DNA from: the human T2T-CHM13v2.0 reference genome, Homo sapiens
Length of the DNA stretch: 64,000 nt
Reading direction: 5' to 3' (one strand)
NCBI RefSeq assembly: GCF_009914755.1
Contig: NC_060931.1
How positions within the stretch are numbered: position 1 is the first letter of the stretch; each line of letters opens with the position of its first letter. The notes beneath the pieces are model-generated. The model was not told where the DNA came from, did no database searches, and saw nothing but the letters and a program-made list of their open reading frames with translations. Shown here piece by piece: positions 1-13,556 of this stretch. Made by a program: the position numbers and the translations under genes.

Positions 1-945
1 TACCTACAGCCAGATGATCTTCAACAAAGCAAGTGAAAACATAAAGTGGGGAAAGGACACCCTATTCCACAAATGGTGCTGGGATAATTGGCAAGCCACA
101 TGTAGAAGAATGAAACTGGATCCTCATCTCTCACTTTATACAAAAATCAACTCAAGATGGATCAAAGACTTAAATCTAAGACCTGAAACCACATAAATTC
201 TACAAAGTAATATCAGAAAAATCCTTCCTTCTAGACATTGTCTTAGACAAAGACTTCATGACCAAGAACCAAAAAGTAAATGCAACAAAAACAAAGATAA
301 GTAGATGGGACTTGATTAAACTGGAAAGTTTCTGCAAAGCAAAAGAAATGATCAGCAGAGTTAACGGACAACCCACAAAGTGAAAGAACATTTTCACAAT
401 CTATACATCCAACAAAGGACTAATATCCAGAATCTACAAGGAACTCAAATCAACAAGCAAAAACCAAACAATCCTATCAAAAACTAGGCTAAGGACATGA
501 ATAAACATTCTTAAAAGAAGACATGCAAATGGCCAAACAAGCATATGGAAAAATGCTCAGCATCACTAATTATCAGAAAAATGCAAATCAAAACCACAAT
601 GTGATACCACCTTACTCATGCAAGAATGGCCATAATCAAAAAATCAAAAAATATCTGATGTTGGCATGGAAGTGGTGAAAAGGGAACACTTTTACACTGT
701 TGGTGGGAATGTAAACTGTTAAAACCACTATGGAAAACAGTGTGGAGATTCCTTAAAATCTAAAAGTAGATCTACCATTTGATCCAGCAATCCCACTACT
801 AGGTATCTACCAAGAGGAAAAGAAGTCATTATACGAAAAAGATACTGCACACGCATGTTTATAGCAGCACAGTTTGCAATTGCAAAAATAGGGAACCAGC
901 CCAGATGACCATCAATCCATGAGTGGATAAAGAAAGTGTGATATT
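1..945 (+). mobile_element. LINE-1 fragment (L1PB-like), 3' part of ORF2, degenerate; ends without 3'UTR or poly(A)
   Basis: ORF 14-196 ([30 protein letters not shown]) is L1 ORF2 C-terminal region; L1-like sequence continues to ...GAGTGGATAAAGAAAGTGTG at ~940. Confidence 0.85.
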
Positions 946-3508
946 GGGGAGAATATTGCTGCTGGTTGGTTTTCTCATCCAGTTAATCTTGACCACTCTA
1001 CTTTTTAATTTTCTTTCAGCTGTCTAGGTTAAAAGGAGTTTGTGGACCACACTTCTTACATTCATATTTATGCAACTGAAACTATGCACAAAGAGTTCTA
1101 GTACATTTGTTTCTCACTTTATTCAATGAACACAGGCCATCTCTGTATGAAAATAAGGATGATCAAGAATAAAGGGAAACAAGGCATAAAGGAAAATAGA
1201 GACCAGAGGTGACAGAAATCGAGAAGCAAGCAAACAAAACCCCCTTAAGAGTCTATCTATATAGGCAGACAAATTCTGAATGAAGGTAAAGAAAGAGTGA
1301 CTTATTAAATCAAATTTCCTGAGTAGTCTGCTTTTCTTTCTTGGTAATTGGTAGGAGAGAAGTCTGAGACATGGAGAATTCATTTTCCATAGCTGTGTTT
1401 TGTTGCTACTATTTTTCAAATCTATATTTGTCATTTTTGGGGATGGAAATAATTCTTCAAAGAGTATAATTTCCAAAATGATAAACTGTAATTTGGGCTA
1501 TAGAGAGAGCTATTCTGTCAAGTTGACCGATTCACTAAAGAAGATTCTGATTCTGTATAATAAATTGTTATGAGAAAGTTGAATGGAAATCAATATAATG
1601 TGTATTTCTTTAAGTTGGCAATATACATACAATTTTATGTATCAATTTAAAATAAATAAGTTGAAAAAAGGTTATTCATCCAATAGTGTTCATAAATCCT
1701 TCATCCTCATTGTTTTTCTCTGGATGCACTCAATTGCTAGTGTTGAATCTCACTTATTATTAATTTTATATTAATAATAACAATGATAATTTCAAAGACA
1801 GGCTGTGTGCAACTTGCTGATGAAAATGTGCATGTGAATAAGTATCCCTTATAATCTAAATGATATAATTATCAGCAGAAAATTTGATGACCCTTTATTT
1901 CTGGTCTCGTTAATTTGTTCTTGCAAAGTCAATCTAGTATAAGACTTGAAGTTTAAAAAAAGAATAGTAAATAATTTTTTTTCTTGCTACACAAACCCAA
2001 ACCAATCGCGATTACTAATTTATATTGAATTTGCCTTCTGTACACATTATATAATAGTTTGAGCTTCGTGGGAACATTGAAGGAGAAAGAAGCAGCAGAA
2101 TATGAAGACAACATGCAACCAAAAAGCTAAGAAAACTGAATCAATCATCTAGGTATAGAAGATAGAAGACACGAACATACCACCTAGACATTTTCTTTCA
2201 GCACTGTAGATCACTCTACATAAAAACATAAGAATCAAGTCAGTGTCTTGGGAGTCAGATTTCCTAAAGTTACATTGCCCAGGTTGTCAATTAGCTATTT
2301 GAAAAGGGTGACTAATGGATTGTCTTTTCCATATATTACTAGGAAACAAGGTCCCCATTTGTGTTAACCTTTTAATCTGAATAATTTCAGTAGGGATAAG
2401 GAACACTCAATATGATTTTTGAAGTTCCCTGTGAATCTATGGTTAGTAAAACCATTTTTCCTTGGGCATATATCATTGCATGGGTTACTTAAATTAATAT
2501 TGTCAGATTATTAAGGCATAATTTGGGGAACTCAGAGTATCTTCAAGAGATTTTAGAAGATATAAGGCTACTTACCTCTAAAGAGAGAGAAAAATAAATT
2601 GAGCTTATTTTCTATCCATTTTGTTTTGTTTCATTTTACTTTGTTTTTTTGTGGGGTTTTTTTATGTGCATGGGATTAGAGGCAGCAGTGATAAGCAGGA
2701 TGCAACATGCAAATGTAATTAAGAGCTTTCCAGAGAACAATGACAGGACTAAAATACTGAATACAAAACTGACACTATGCCTGATCTGTTTTAAGAGAAT
2801 GGATATTTTGAACTGACATAACGATAGTAAGTCCTAGTTGAATTGAATGAGACAGGAAAAAGGAGCAGAATAGAAGTATCGTACATGCTGCTAATATCAA
2901 GGATTTGGGGCTATTTTCAATTTTCTTTCCTTCCTAAATAATAACCGCAGTATTCTTGAAATAGGCATGAGTTCCTATTTAAGTTGTAATTATTTTCTCT
3001 TGTAAAATCTCTTACAGTGGTAACGACTAGAAAAAACTGTTGAAAAAATCAAAACTTTGAAACAAACTAGTCAAAACAAAAAACTGCATGTGGCATTATT
3101 AGTGCAGTAGTTACATACATTCAAATTTTTTAAATAGATAAAATTTTCAATTCAGTTTGATTTAAAAGTGATTTAAAATCTGTTTGATTTTGTATAGATT
3201 GATGAATGGTCAGAATCAGATGGGGAAGGGAATGGGTTGGGCATAAAGCACAATTTTTTTTTTTTTTATGTTTCAAGGCTAAAGTTTTTAAAATGTGGGA
3301 ACTTCTAAACATTTGTATGGATACAATTGAATTGTAGAATATGATCTCAAAGACGTTAGAGGAAAAACTCTTCTTATAGGGTAATGATAATAATCCAAGT
3401 TCCCTATGCCCCAATTAAAATAAGTAGTCCTCCAGTGCAAAGAAGGAAGAAAACAAAGTCCCCTTGTCACATAATTTTTTCTTTAGTGTGAATGGAAGAG
3501 TATAGGTC

Positions 3509-3660
3509 CATGCTACTCAAAGTACGGTCTATGGACCAGTAGTTTCAGTATCACCCAGGAGCTTGTTAGAAACACAGAATCTCAGGCCCCATGCCAGACC
3601 TTCTGAATCAGAATTAGCATTCAACAAAATAACCAGGTAATTAATATGCATCTTAGCCGC
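3509..3660 (+). mobile_element. MER5A1 (hAT-Charlie MITE)
   Basis: TGCTACTCAAAGT...CAGGAGCTTGTTAGAAACACAGAATCTCAGGCCCC...CTGAATCAGAA matches recalled MER5A1 consensus. Confidence 0.75.
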
Positions 3661-3695
3661 TGAAGGGGTCGTTACAGACCCTGGTACTGTGAATT

Positions 3696-3892
3696 AGTGC
3701 TATCCAATAGAACTTTGTTCAGTGATGGAAATCTTCTATGTCATTTAATACAGTAGTCGCCAGCCACATGTAGCTATTAGGCACTTCAAATATGGCAATA
3801 CCTAATGAGAAACTGATCTTTGTATTTTATGAAATTTTAACTCATTTAAATTTAAATAGACACTGGTTGTCAATGGTATCATATTGTACATT
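3696..3892 (+). mobile_element. MER3 (hAT-Charlie MITE)
   Basis: GCTATCCAATAGAACTTT...GATGGAAAT...AGCCACATGTAGCTATT...TTTAAATTTAAATAG matches MER3. Confidence 0.75.
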
Positions 3893-4529
3893 GAGGTTGT
3901 AACTTTTTATTGAAATGTATTTATGGGACTAACATAAGCCTCTGAAGCTGTAGGACATTTGTTCTTTTTATATCATCAGCCCTCACAGGGCTTGCATAGT
4001 ACACTGTTATTTCTAAGTGTTATTTATATATTTATGTATCATCTGCACTATTCCTAGGATGTACTTATATTACACTATAGTTATTTGTGTACCTGGCTGT
4101 TGCTCACCATGTTCCCACCATCAACCTAACACACCAAGAAGAGTAACTACAAGCTTCTCGAGAGAGATAAGTCTTAATGATCTCTGTATTCCTGTACACC
4201 CACTACCAAGTTTGGCATGTATCAGCTACTGCATACACATGAATTGAATTAAATTGGCAAAGAAATTAACCCATAGATATTTATTTTAATAAGACATAGT
4301 AAAAGCATGGTAAATTTAATGCAACATTGTCTCAGACAATATCCATTAATGCTCATCCCACCAAAAAATAAAACAAAACAAAACAAACAAAAAACCAGCC
4401 AAACAAACAGAAATAATAACAATAAAATCTTGCAAAGCTCTAATCCGTTTTAGCCCTTTAAAATCAGGCTGATGTAAGGAAAGTGGTGATATGGATTACT
4501 AAACCCATTACACATCCTGGCTAGGTTAT

Positions 4530-4910
4530 TTATGAATAATATGCAAATGAACATTTTGTACTGTCTTTTCTGAATTGGCAAGAGCACCAGAAGTGGACCT
4601 GGGATGCAGAAGAGGGAAGGCCTCCCTGAGGGACTGACTGGCTGAGACACTGAGGGTAAACAGCCGAATTCTCCGAGTCCCAAGCTGATATGAGCTAAAA
4701 AATCAGCTGCAGAAGGCAAATAACCCTGGGGTCCCTGGCAGCAGGTGGGGAGCCTGACCCTCACGCCAGGGTAGGAATATCCAAATGCTGTTCTGACCAG
4801 CAGTGCAAACAGCCACGTAAACAGCTTGGGGCCCAAGCAGATGGCTTTCAAAAGCTGCCTTCCCCCCTCTCCCAACCCCAGAGATGGGGCAGACTGCCTG
4901 TGTCAATAAT
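4530..4910. promoter_or_regulatory. Candidate enhancer: locally GC-richer unique sequence with octamer, forkhead and E-box motifs
   Basis: ATGCAAAT 4541-4548; GTAAACA 4656-4662 and 4817-4823; GCAAACA 4805-4811; CAGCTG 4704, CAGGTG 4742, CAGATG 4838. Motif evidence only. Confidence 0.35.
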
Positions 4911-5679
4911 GGCTTCTGACTTTGGACTCAACAATCCTTCTCATCACAACTCTCAGATTGTGTGGCTTGTGAATAAACTATCACTATACTATAACCCACT
5001 TCATGTGCTTTGGTTATTTCCACTGCTTTGTAAATCAAGATATGTCTAGTTTAAGATTGGAACTATCCCTCCCTTTACATTATTTGAATTCATCACACCT
5101 TAGGAAATATATATTCTGATATATTGAAATATTTTATTTGATGAATTTCATACTCATCATTCATTTTTTAAAAAAATGATTTTCCAATATTTATTAAGAG
5201 TTCTGGCAAGCAGAAGAGCCCTTTTGTTTTCATCTTTCATTACAGAAATTGTCAAACATATGCAGAAATGGAGATAATTGATAAAAATCCACATACCTAG
5301 CACTTAGCTTCAAAAATGATTATCTATCTCATCTCATTATTTCTCTTTATATTATCTCATCTTATCTATCTCTCTCATTATCTTATCTCTTTCACATTTC
5401 TTCATTTTTTAAATGGAGTATTTTAAGCCAAATCTCACCATACTGGTATTTCACCCATAAGCATGTCGCTACAAATCTCTAACAGTGAAGGAATTAAAAA
5501 AAATAGAACAATCCCATCATCACAACCAAACAAAATAATAATTTATTGTCTAATATTCAATTCTTTTTCAATTTTCCCTTATTATCTCAAAATTGTATTC
5601 TTATATTTAGCTGATTTGAATCAAAATCTAAGCAAGGTACAAACTGCATTTGTCTGGGATGTGACTCTTAAAATATTAC

Positions 5680-6075
5680 TTTTAAAAATTGTGGTTAAAA
5701 CACTTAACGAGATCTACCCCCTTAACAAATTTGAAGGGTACAACACAGTAATGTTAACTATAGGCACAATGGGTACAGTATATCTCTAGAACTTATTAAT
5801 CTTGCATAGCTGAAACTTTTTACCCCTAGAACAGCAACTCCCATCTTCCCCTCCCCTAAACCCCTGGCAAGCACCATTCTACTCTCTGTTTCTATGTGTT
5901 TGGCTATTTTAGATTCCTCAGGTAAGTGAAATCATGCAGTATTTGTCCTGTGACTGGCTTATTTCACTTAGCATAATGTCCTCAAATTTTAATCATGTGG
6001 TCACATATGGCAGGATTTACCTCTTTTTTTAAGGCTGAATAATATTCCATTGTGTGTCTATATCACATTTTAATC
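5680..6075 (-). mobile_element. L1MA/L1MB 3' end inserted in older L1M remnants (~5240-6300)
   Basis: Typical antisense L1M 3'UTR: CCCCTGGCAAGCACCATTCTACTCTCTGTTTCTATG...GTGACTGGCTTATTTCACTTAGCATAATG. Confidence 0.7.
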
Positions 6076-6569
6076 AATAACAATTCCTCCTCCCCTTTAA
6101 TGGCATGTTTTGTCAAAGAAACTGTATTATTTGTGCTATAAAATTTCCCACATTCTGAATTTGGCTAACTGTATTCTTGTAGTATTCTTTAGTATGTTCC
6201 TTTCCCAGCTCCTATATTTTTTTTAAACCTATGGCCTGATACAGAGATGTATTAGATTCAAGTTCAAAGGTCTTTAACAAGAATTCGTCTTTATAGTTCT
6301 CTGGCCTGTTATTGCATTACACCTGGAAGTCCTTCACAAAGTAGGTCTCTGAAAATGGAAGTAACTCATGGTGTTAAGTCCTTTTTCAATGAATGTTTGA
6401 AGTTTACTCAAGGGTTAAAGTCAAAATGGATACCAGTGAGGCTTTCTCAAAATATTCTTAGTATAAGAGGAAATGTGCCTTAGAATTTTTAATTCTAATT
6501 AATGGGATTTTCATAGTTTCAGAGAGAACTGGATTAACACAATAACAAAAATTAATTTCCACATTTCTC

Positions 6570-7026
6570 AGGTGAACTGTTTCATAGGTAGCAAATGTAT
6601 ACATGAGTTTGGAGAAATGCATCTACAAGACAGACCTCAAGATTGGTCTGTGGTTGCTCTGCAGAGGATGGGACCAACACCTGTCCAAAATTTGGTTTGG
6701 ATGTGGAAACTGATTATACCATGCATGATACATACACCAAGATGGTGTGAATAAATTTATTATGTACATAATGGAGCTTTCTGGGGAGAGCAGGGCAGGC
6801 TCAAAAGAAGATATGAAAATGACTCAAGAGAGCATGGAGGGTGCTAGCTCTGTTTTTATTGTAGTTACGGTGTAAAGATAGGAAGAGGATTCCTCTGTGT
6901 GGGTTGAACTTGCCATATCCAAGTTTCCTTACTGGTTTTCCCAGATGTTGGGCAAAAGCGGAAGAGACTGGGGGGGCTTAAAAATGGTCACAATCAAGTA
7001 TCAAAAACAGTCTGACTCTTTTGTAA
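6570..7026 (-). mobile_element. ERVL-type solo LTR (MER54/MER73/MER74 group)
   Basis: Reverse complement begins AAAGAGTCAGACTGTTTTTGAT...TTTAAGCCCC...CCCAACATCTGGG, resembling this LTR group; subfamily uncertain. Confidence 0.45.
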
Positions 7027-7139
7027 ATTAGCTATTTGATTTGATATTTAAAAAATACAATGAATAGAATAAACTAAGACATTTGGGAATTTTGCTTTTA
7101 TATATATTTTCATGACTGTGTGTGTGTGTTTAAACAATA

Positions 7140-7385
7140 CCCATAACTAACATTTATGGAGACACTCCTCTGTCTGCAGGACACTATTTCTTTACGTATT
7201 ATCCATGTGATACTACATTTGTAATGATCACATGAGTTTACTATTTTTAACCTTATTTTTCACATAAGGAAATTAAGGTCCCAAGACGTTAAGACACTTG
7301 CTCAATGTCATATAGCTAAAAGTGGTGGAGCTAGGGTTAAAGTCCATTCATGTGGCTCCAGAGAGATACTCCTAACCACTATGTG
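7140..7385 (-). mobile_element. MIR SINE
   Basis: MIR core: TTTTCACATAAGGAAATTAAGG...GTTAAGACACTTGCTCAATGTCATATAGCTA. Confidence 0.7.
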
Positions 7386-7565
7386 TATACCTAGTGGCTC
7401 TAAGCTTTAGGTACATACAAATCTATCCTCATCAAAGTTCATGTGACTGGACTAACCAAAATTTGTTAGAGCATAGTCTTAGAGATCACATCTTAAGAAT
7501 AATTAAGAAATCACACCATAATATTACTCACTCCAAAACTAAGAGATTATATAATGCAGTCATTA

Positions 7566-7838
<273 letters not shown>

Positions 7839-8484
7839 AGAAAGACCCAGGTTTCCACCTGGCAAGTACTTTAGTATTTTCGCCTGGCATTAAAGATTCA
7901 TTAATGTCCTTACCTTGACTGCCCAATTTGAGGTTTAACATCTCTTGGCATTAGTTAAGTGGTTTCCCAACAGTAGCGCCAAAGTTTTAGGAATTTTGCA
8001 AAAACTACCCTTAAGAGTGTAAAAATTACATTTGCTATTATAACTCGCTGTAAGTAGATTTTACTTGCAGTTTTGAAACGACTTTTGAAGAGCCATACGC
8101 AGGAAAAAATAACTTTATAAAAGCGAGTTGTACCTTTCTATCCTGTAGGAGAAAATAGAGGATTACTTCTTTTTTAAGTAGCTCATACAACCCGAAGCAA
8201 AGGCTTACAGAGTCACAGAACCATTTTTGTCGACTACAGTCTTAAATAAAATCTACTGACGCTATGTCCAACCAACAGGATCAATTTAGTCATTTTTTAA
8301 ATCTCCATTTTAAAAATTGACTTGATATATGGTTAAAATAATTACACGATCAGCAGTATTTTCTATCTTGCAGCCTGGAATTTTGTCATTATAGCAGATC
8401 CTAGGAATTGTGCTATTTTGTCTTACCACTGGAATAAAATAAGTTAACGTTGATTTTGTGTTCTATGTCCTCTGAGTTTGTACT

Positions 8485-8502
8485 GCACTGCCCTCTGGAG
8501 GA
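8485..8502 (-). promoter_or_regulatory. Possible CTCF core motif
   Basis: Minus strand reads TCCTCCAGAGGGCAGTGC, close to the CTCF core CCACCAGRGGGCAG. Confidence 0.4.
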
Positions 8503-8860
8503 TAGAACTCATCATAGCGCATGCATTGTAATTTTAGGAAAAATCTTACACTCCTCCACAAAAACTGTGCTTCAAGAATGTTTAATATTTTAATTGGCAT
8601 TATTGAGCAATGTTGTTGGTTTATGTGAAGTATTTTAACTTTAAATAATTATGCATTTTAAGTGTCTAAATTTTTCCCTATCTTACAATAATAATTTGAA
8701 CTCTGAATCTATCAGATTTACTTTCCTAATACTGTTTTTCCTTTTTATTTTGAATATAAATGGGATTTCCTATTTAAAGAATAGGTATTTTTTAAATTCA
8801 CTTGCTATTAGTTTTCATACACAGTCAAGGTTAGTTCTTTAAAAATGTACATATGTACGG

Positions 8861-9236
8861 TGTTTTACTCTGTTTTCACACTGCTATAAAGACATACCTG
8901 AGACTGGGTAACTTAGAAATAAAAAGATTTAATTGACTCACAATTCCGCATGGCTGGGGAGGCCTTGAGAATCTTACAGTCATGGCATAAGATGAAGGGG
9001 AAGCAAGGCACATCTTATCACAGGGAAGCAGGAGAGCGAGACAGAAAGAGAGAGAGATGAAGGGAAATTGCCACTTTTAAGTCATCATATCTCATGAAAC
9101 CTCCCTCACTATCACGAAAACAGCATGGGGGAAACCGCCCCCAGGATCCAATCACCTCCCACTAGGTCCCTCCATCCACATGTGGGGATTACAATTCGAG
9201 ACGAGATTTGGGTGGGGACAGAGCCAAACCACATCA
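8861..9236 (-). mobile_element. THE1D-like MaLR solo LTR
   Basis: CTGCTATAAAGACATACCTGAGACTGGG...GAGATTTGGGTGGGGACAGAGCCAAACCACATCA; full LTR length. Confidence 0.85.
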
Positions 9237-9920
9237 AATGGTTAGGTTATAAAAATGAGCTATTAAACTATTTTTAGGGAAAACAAATCTATTGAACTTG
9301 ACTGTTAATATCAGTGAAACCAAGAAAGAAAGATGGAGAAAAATATCTTTTAAGCAGATCTCAATTACTTTAAAATACATCTTGTAATTTGAAAGTGATT
9401 GTTTTTTAAAAGTCACTGTCACAGAAACAAACTCAGGGTGAACTTCATGAGATACAATTTGTGAAAAATGACAGTAACAGAATTGACATTGGTCTGTATG
9501 AACTTGGTGTAACCACAGAAGTTATTTAATGGTTGTGTGTGTGTGTGTGCATGCGTGCTTTAGGCAGGCACTCCAAGATTTCTTTGGCTATGACCTTTGG
9601 GCTGAGAAGTAGATTAATTTAACCAAAAGAACATAGGAATCTTTAGGATTTCTTCTATTTTCCTTCTTATTCTTATCTAGATTTTTTTCACTAAACAAAA
9701 GCATATACATGCTGACCTCAGACTGCTAACTAAAGTCTCATACAGGCAAATTTTCATGTAAAACTTTTAAGTTGCCAGTCCAAATCAGGATGAGTGACCA
9801 AAAAAGATGAAGCAAAAATGTTAAGTGTTGCTTACTCTTATAGCTGTTTTCAGCTCTTATAACTTTAAGCCTATTCTACATTGTCCGGTGTCAAGATCTA
9901 AAAGTGAACAAATCACTTTC

Positions 9921-10159
9921 TTTTTCTTTTCTTCTTCTTTTTTTTTTTTTCCTGGGCTCAAGCACTCAAGCAATCCTCCCACTTCAGCCTTCCCAGTAGC
10001 TGGAACTACAGTTGCATGCTACCACGCCCGGCTAATTTTTGTAGAAACAGGGTTTCACCATGTTGCTCAGGCTGCTCTTGAACTGCTGGCCTCAAGCAAT
10101 CCACCAGCCTCGGCCTCCCAAAGTGCTGGGATTACAGGCGTGAGCCACTGAGCCCAGCC
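9921..10159 (-). mobile_element. AluJ-like element lacking the last ~70 nt of the right arm
   Basis: Antisense Alu; T-tract abuts CCTGGGCTCAAG; TSD CA(A/G)ATCACTTTC at 9909-9920 and 10160-10171. Confidence 0.85.
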
Positions 10160-13100
10160 CAGATCACTTTCAATTTGCTTTTCAGCTATAATATAGGCAC
10201 AGTCCAAATAGCCAAGTAATATAAACAAATCAAAACATGAGAATCACTTTCCAAATGATATTGCATGCAGGAGGTAAGATTTAAGAGAAATCAGGGAGTG
10301 AGGCAAGAAAATAAAAGAGGGAAGTTCACTTTTTTATAATTGTACTTTTATTACTGGGTTAGTCAGATATTAAAAATACATGTTAATTTCTAAACTGACA
10401 ACCTAAAATCTACAGAATTGTGTTAAAGTATTGCTTTTTAATATTTATTAAATGAATAAATGGATTCATTCATTTAATAACTATTAGTTTATTGAATGTC
10501 AGATTTGTGCAAATTATGGTGCTGTTTACTTTGATTATCTAAAATAGAAAACACTCTGCTTTGATATGTATGACTTAAAATCTCTATTCATTGTCCCTTT
10601 CTCCACTTGGATTGTCAATATCCACCTAAAATGTGTGAGAATTTCAAATTCCAATGGAAATTGGCTTATGTAAGCCAGAATCAGATGCAAGATTACATCA
10701 CATATTTAGGGTTTCATTTTTACCTATGATTAAATTATTATTTATTTAGCAAACCATCAGAGTATATTTGCCTCTTTTCTTATGGATATACACCTTTTAC
10801 AGTAAGTGCTCACTCTGCCTATCAGATTTCATTTAAATTCATTCAGTAAGTCAGGGAGTCCCTGTATCAGTATTTCATTGCATTACATTGCCTTTCTAGT
10901 GCATTTTAGCATCCTCATAATAAAGCTAATTGTGAACTCATTACCACTAATTGCAAATTTGCTTTTATCCCACTTTATTGAAATATTTTAATAAGTTTAT
11001 GCCAATAATTTTATAACCTAATATTCATGTACTTTATCTGTTAATCACTATAACCTGAATTAATCTAGCTACATATCTGATTTATTTAATATTGTTTAGT
11101 GATCCCAGAGGGGTTACAACATATTTCAGAATCTTATGTGCATGAGTTTTCACTTTTCTTAGAATTTTACAGTAAGATTTTGGCTTTCTGTGTTTAATTT
11201 TTAAAATAACATTTAAAAGAAAATTTTGAGGTTGCCAAACCCCTTGCTTATCACATAGAATTGCTGACTTCTAAACAGTGCATGTATGGCTTCTCATTTG
11301 CTGAGTTCTTCACTATAATAGAAATGTTGCAAATATGATCACTACCACCCCCAAAATACATTTCCATCCTCACCCTTGAAGACTTTGAGATGCAAGTTTC
11401 ACCTATCATTGCACTGGTATAATTTTAAGTTGCTCTCTGTATTACAAAAATTGTTTTAACTAGAATGAATAAACTTTGCCCCAATTCTGACTGCTGATCT
11501 CATTATTCAATTGCAGAGTTAGATTCACACATCTAACCCTTTACTTTCTTGGCTAAATATACTTAACCTTTATTAACTGTCATAAAGCATGGTTATTATG
11601 AAACATAAACGCAAGTGGATTGTACTGAAATGAACTTTGAGGAGTCCTGTGTAGGAGCTTATTGAATGTGTTTTTCAAAATCTAAGCAGCTGAAATGAGG
11701 TACACGATTTCAGGTCTCCATTTTTTTCACTAATTTCAAATACACTGCCATCAATAAGCATAGCAAAAGGCAAATCACAAGTGATACAATGTATTTTCTT
11801 AACCAAAATGGAACTCCACTGTTAACAATAAGGCAAATTATTTTGTCCTTTGAGAAAAAGTCAGGAGAGCAAATACTGTCATGTAAGAGTCTTTGAGGGG
11901 TAAAATCTGGTAATAAGTCTAACTGAAGCTCCACATCCTAAATGGGATTGATATATAAATATTTAAGGAGTGAATTTATTTAATTAATCTTAAGCAATCC
12001 ACATCTCTCCAATCTTTACATTTGGGGCAACCTTGACTTTTGATCTATGTCTTTTAAAAGCTTCTGATAGAACTAGATATTATCAGCATAGAGAGCAGTT
12101 GTACATCCATTACTAGTAGGAATTATCTATCCCTTAAGCTAATGATCTTTAGCATCTTTGTTAATAGCCCTGAATAGGGAGTATAACCCACTAATGCATT
12201 TTTGTAGATTATCTAAAGGTAGGAGTTTCAGTGTATACCAGTTTAAACCAGAAAACTGTTCTAATTGACCTTGAAAGGTTAAAAGAATAAACAGGAAAAA
12301 AAAGTTTAAAAATATGAACCTCTGAAAACTAATAAAAAAATGAGGATTATTCATATAAATATGAAATTGACAACAACAACTTGGAAAAGTATATACAGAA
12401 TATTATCCATAGCTGTTTTAGAACAAGACAGAAGTTTAAGTATAATGCTCATTTTAAAACTGGTGCTAATTTAAATTGTATCTATATGATTGTTTTTAAC
12501 TTAGGAAAGCAATTACGTTTTTTATATAATTGAGAAGTTAAATCTTTTATCGGTTGAAATTGACTTAATCTAATAAACCTCAGGTTATTTTTATTCCTGA
12601 TTTTTTAATTCCTAGAAACCAAGCCAGGCAATGGATGGTCTCTTCAACAAACGGCACTGGGAAAACTAAATATCTACATGTAAAAGAATAAAGTTGGGTC
12701 TTTACCTTATACCACATACAAAAATTACTCAAAATGAATCAAAGACCTAAATGTTAAGAGTAAAGGCTACCAAACGCTTAGAAAAAAACATAGGAGGAAG
12801 CTTCATAACATTGGATTTAGCAGATTTCTTGAATATGATATCAAAAGCATAGGTAACAAAGGAAAAACTATATTATTTGGACTTGTCAAAATTAAAAACT
12901 ATTGTGAATCAAAGGGCATTTTCAATGAGCAAAAATGCAACCCACAGAATAGGAAAAGATATTTGCAAATCTTACCTCTGATAAAAAATTAATATTCAGA
13001 ATATATAAAGAACTACTACAACTCAAAATGAAGAAAACAACCTGATTTTAAAATGGCCAAAGAACTTGAATAGACATTTCTCCAAAAAGATAAACAAATG

Positions 13101-13556
13101 ACCAGTAAGCCCAGGAAAGATGCCAAATATCACTAATCATTAGGGAAATGAAAATCAGAACCACAATGAGATAACACTTCACACCCACTAGAATGGTGAT
13201 TAAAAACAAACAAACAACAACAACAAAAAAAAAAACACCAAAACCAGAAAATATCAAGTATTGACAAGGATGTGCAGAAATTGAAACTCTTATGCACTGT
13301 TGGTTGGGATTTAAAATGGTGTAGCTTCTGTGGAAAACAGTATGGAGGTTTCTCAAAAAATTAAATATAGAATTAACACGTGATCCAGTAAATCTACTTT
13401 TGAGTTCACCTTCAAAATAATTGAAAGCAGAGACTCAAGAAGCAGATATTTGTGCCATGTTCATAGCAGCTTTATTCACAATAGGAAAAAAAGGCAGGAA
13501 CAACCAAAATGTTCATCAACTGATGATTCAATAAACACAATGCAATATATTCCTAC

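Noticed and set aside
1123-1476. 117-aa minus-strand ORF
   Set aside because: Non-ATG start, composition typical of random AT-rich DNA, no recognisable homology or convincing exon structure.
4450-4906. Overlapping minus ORFs of 141 and 67 aa
   Set aside because: Explained by locally higher GC; no domain similarity.
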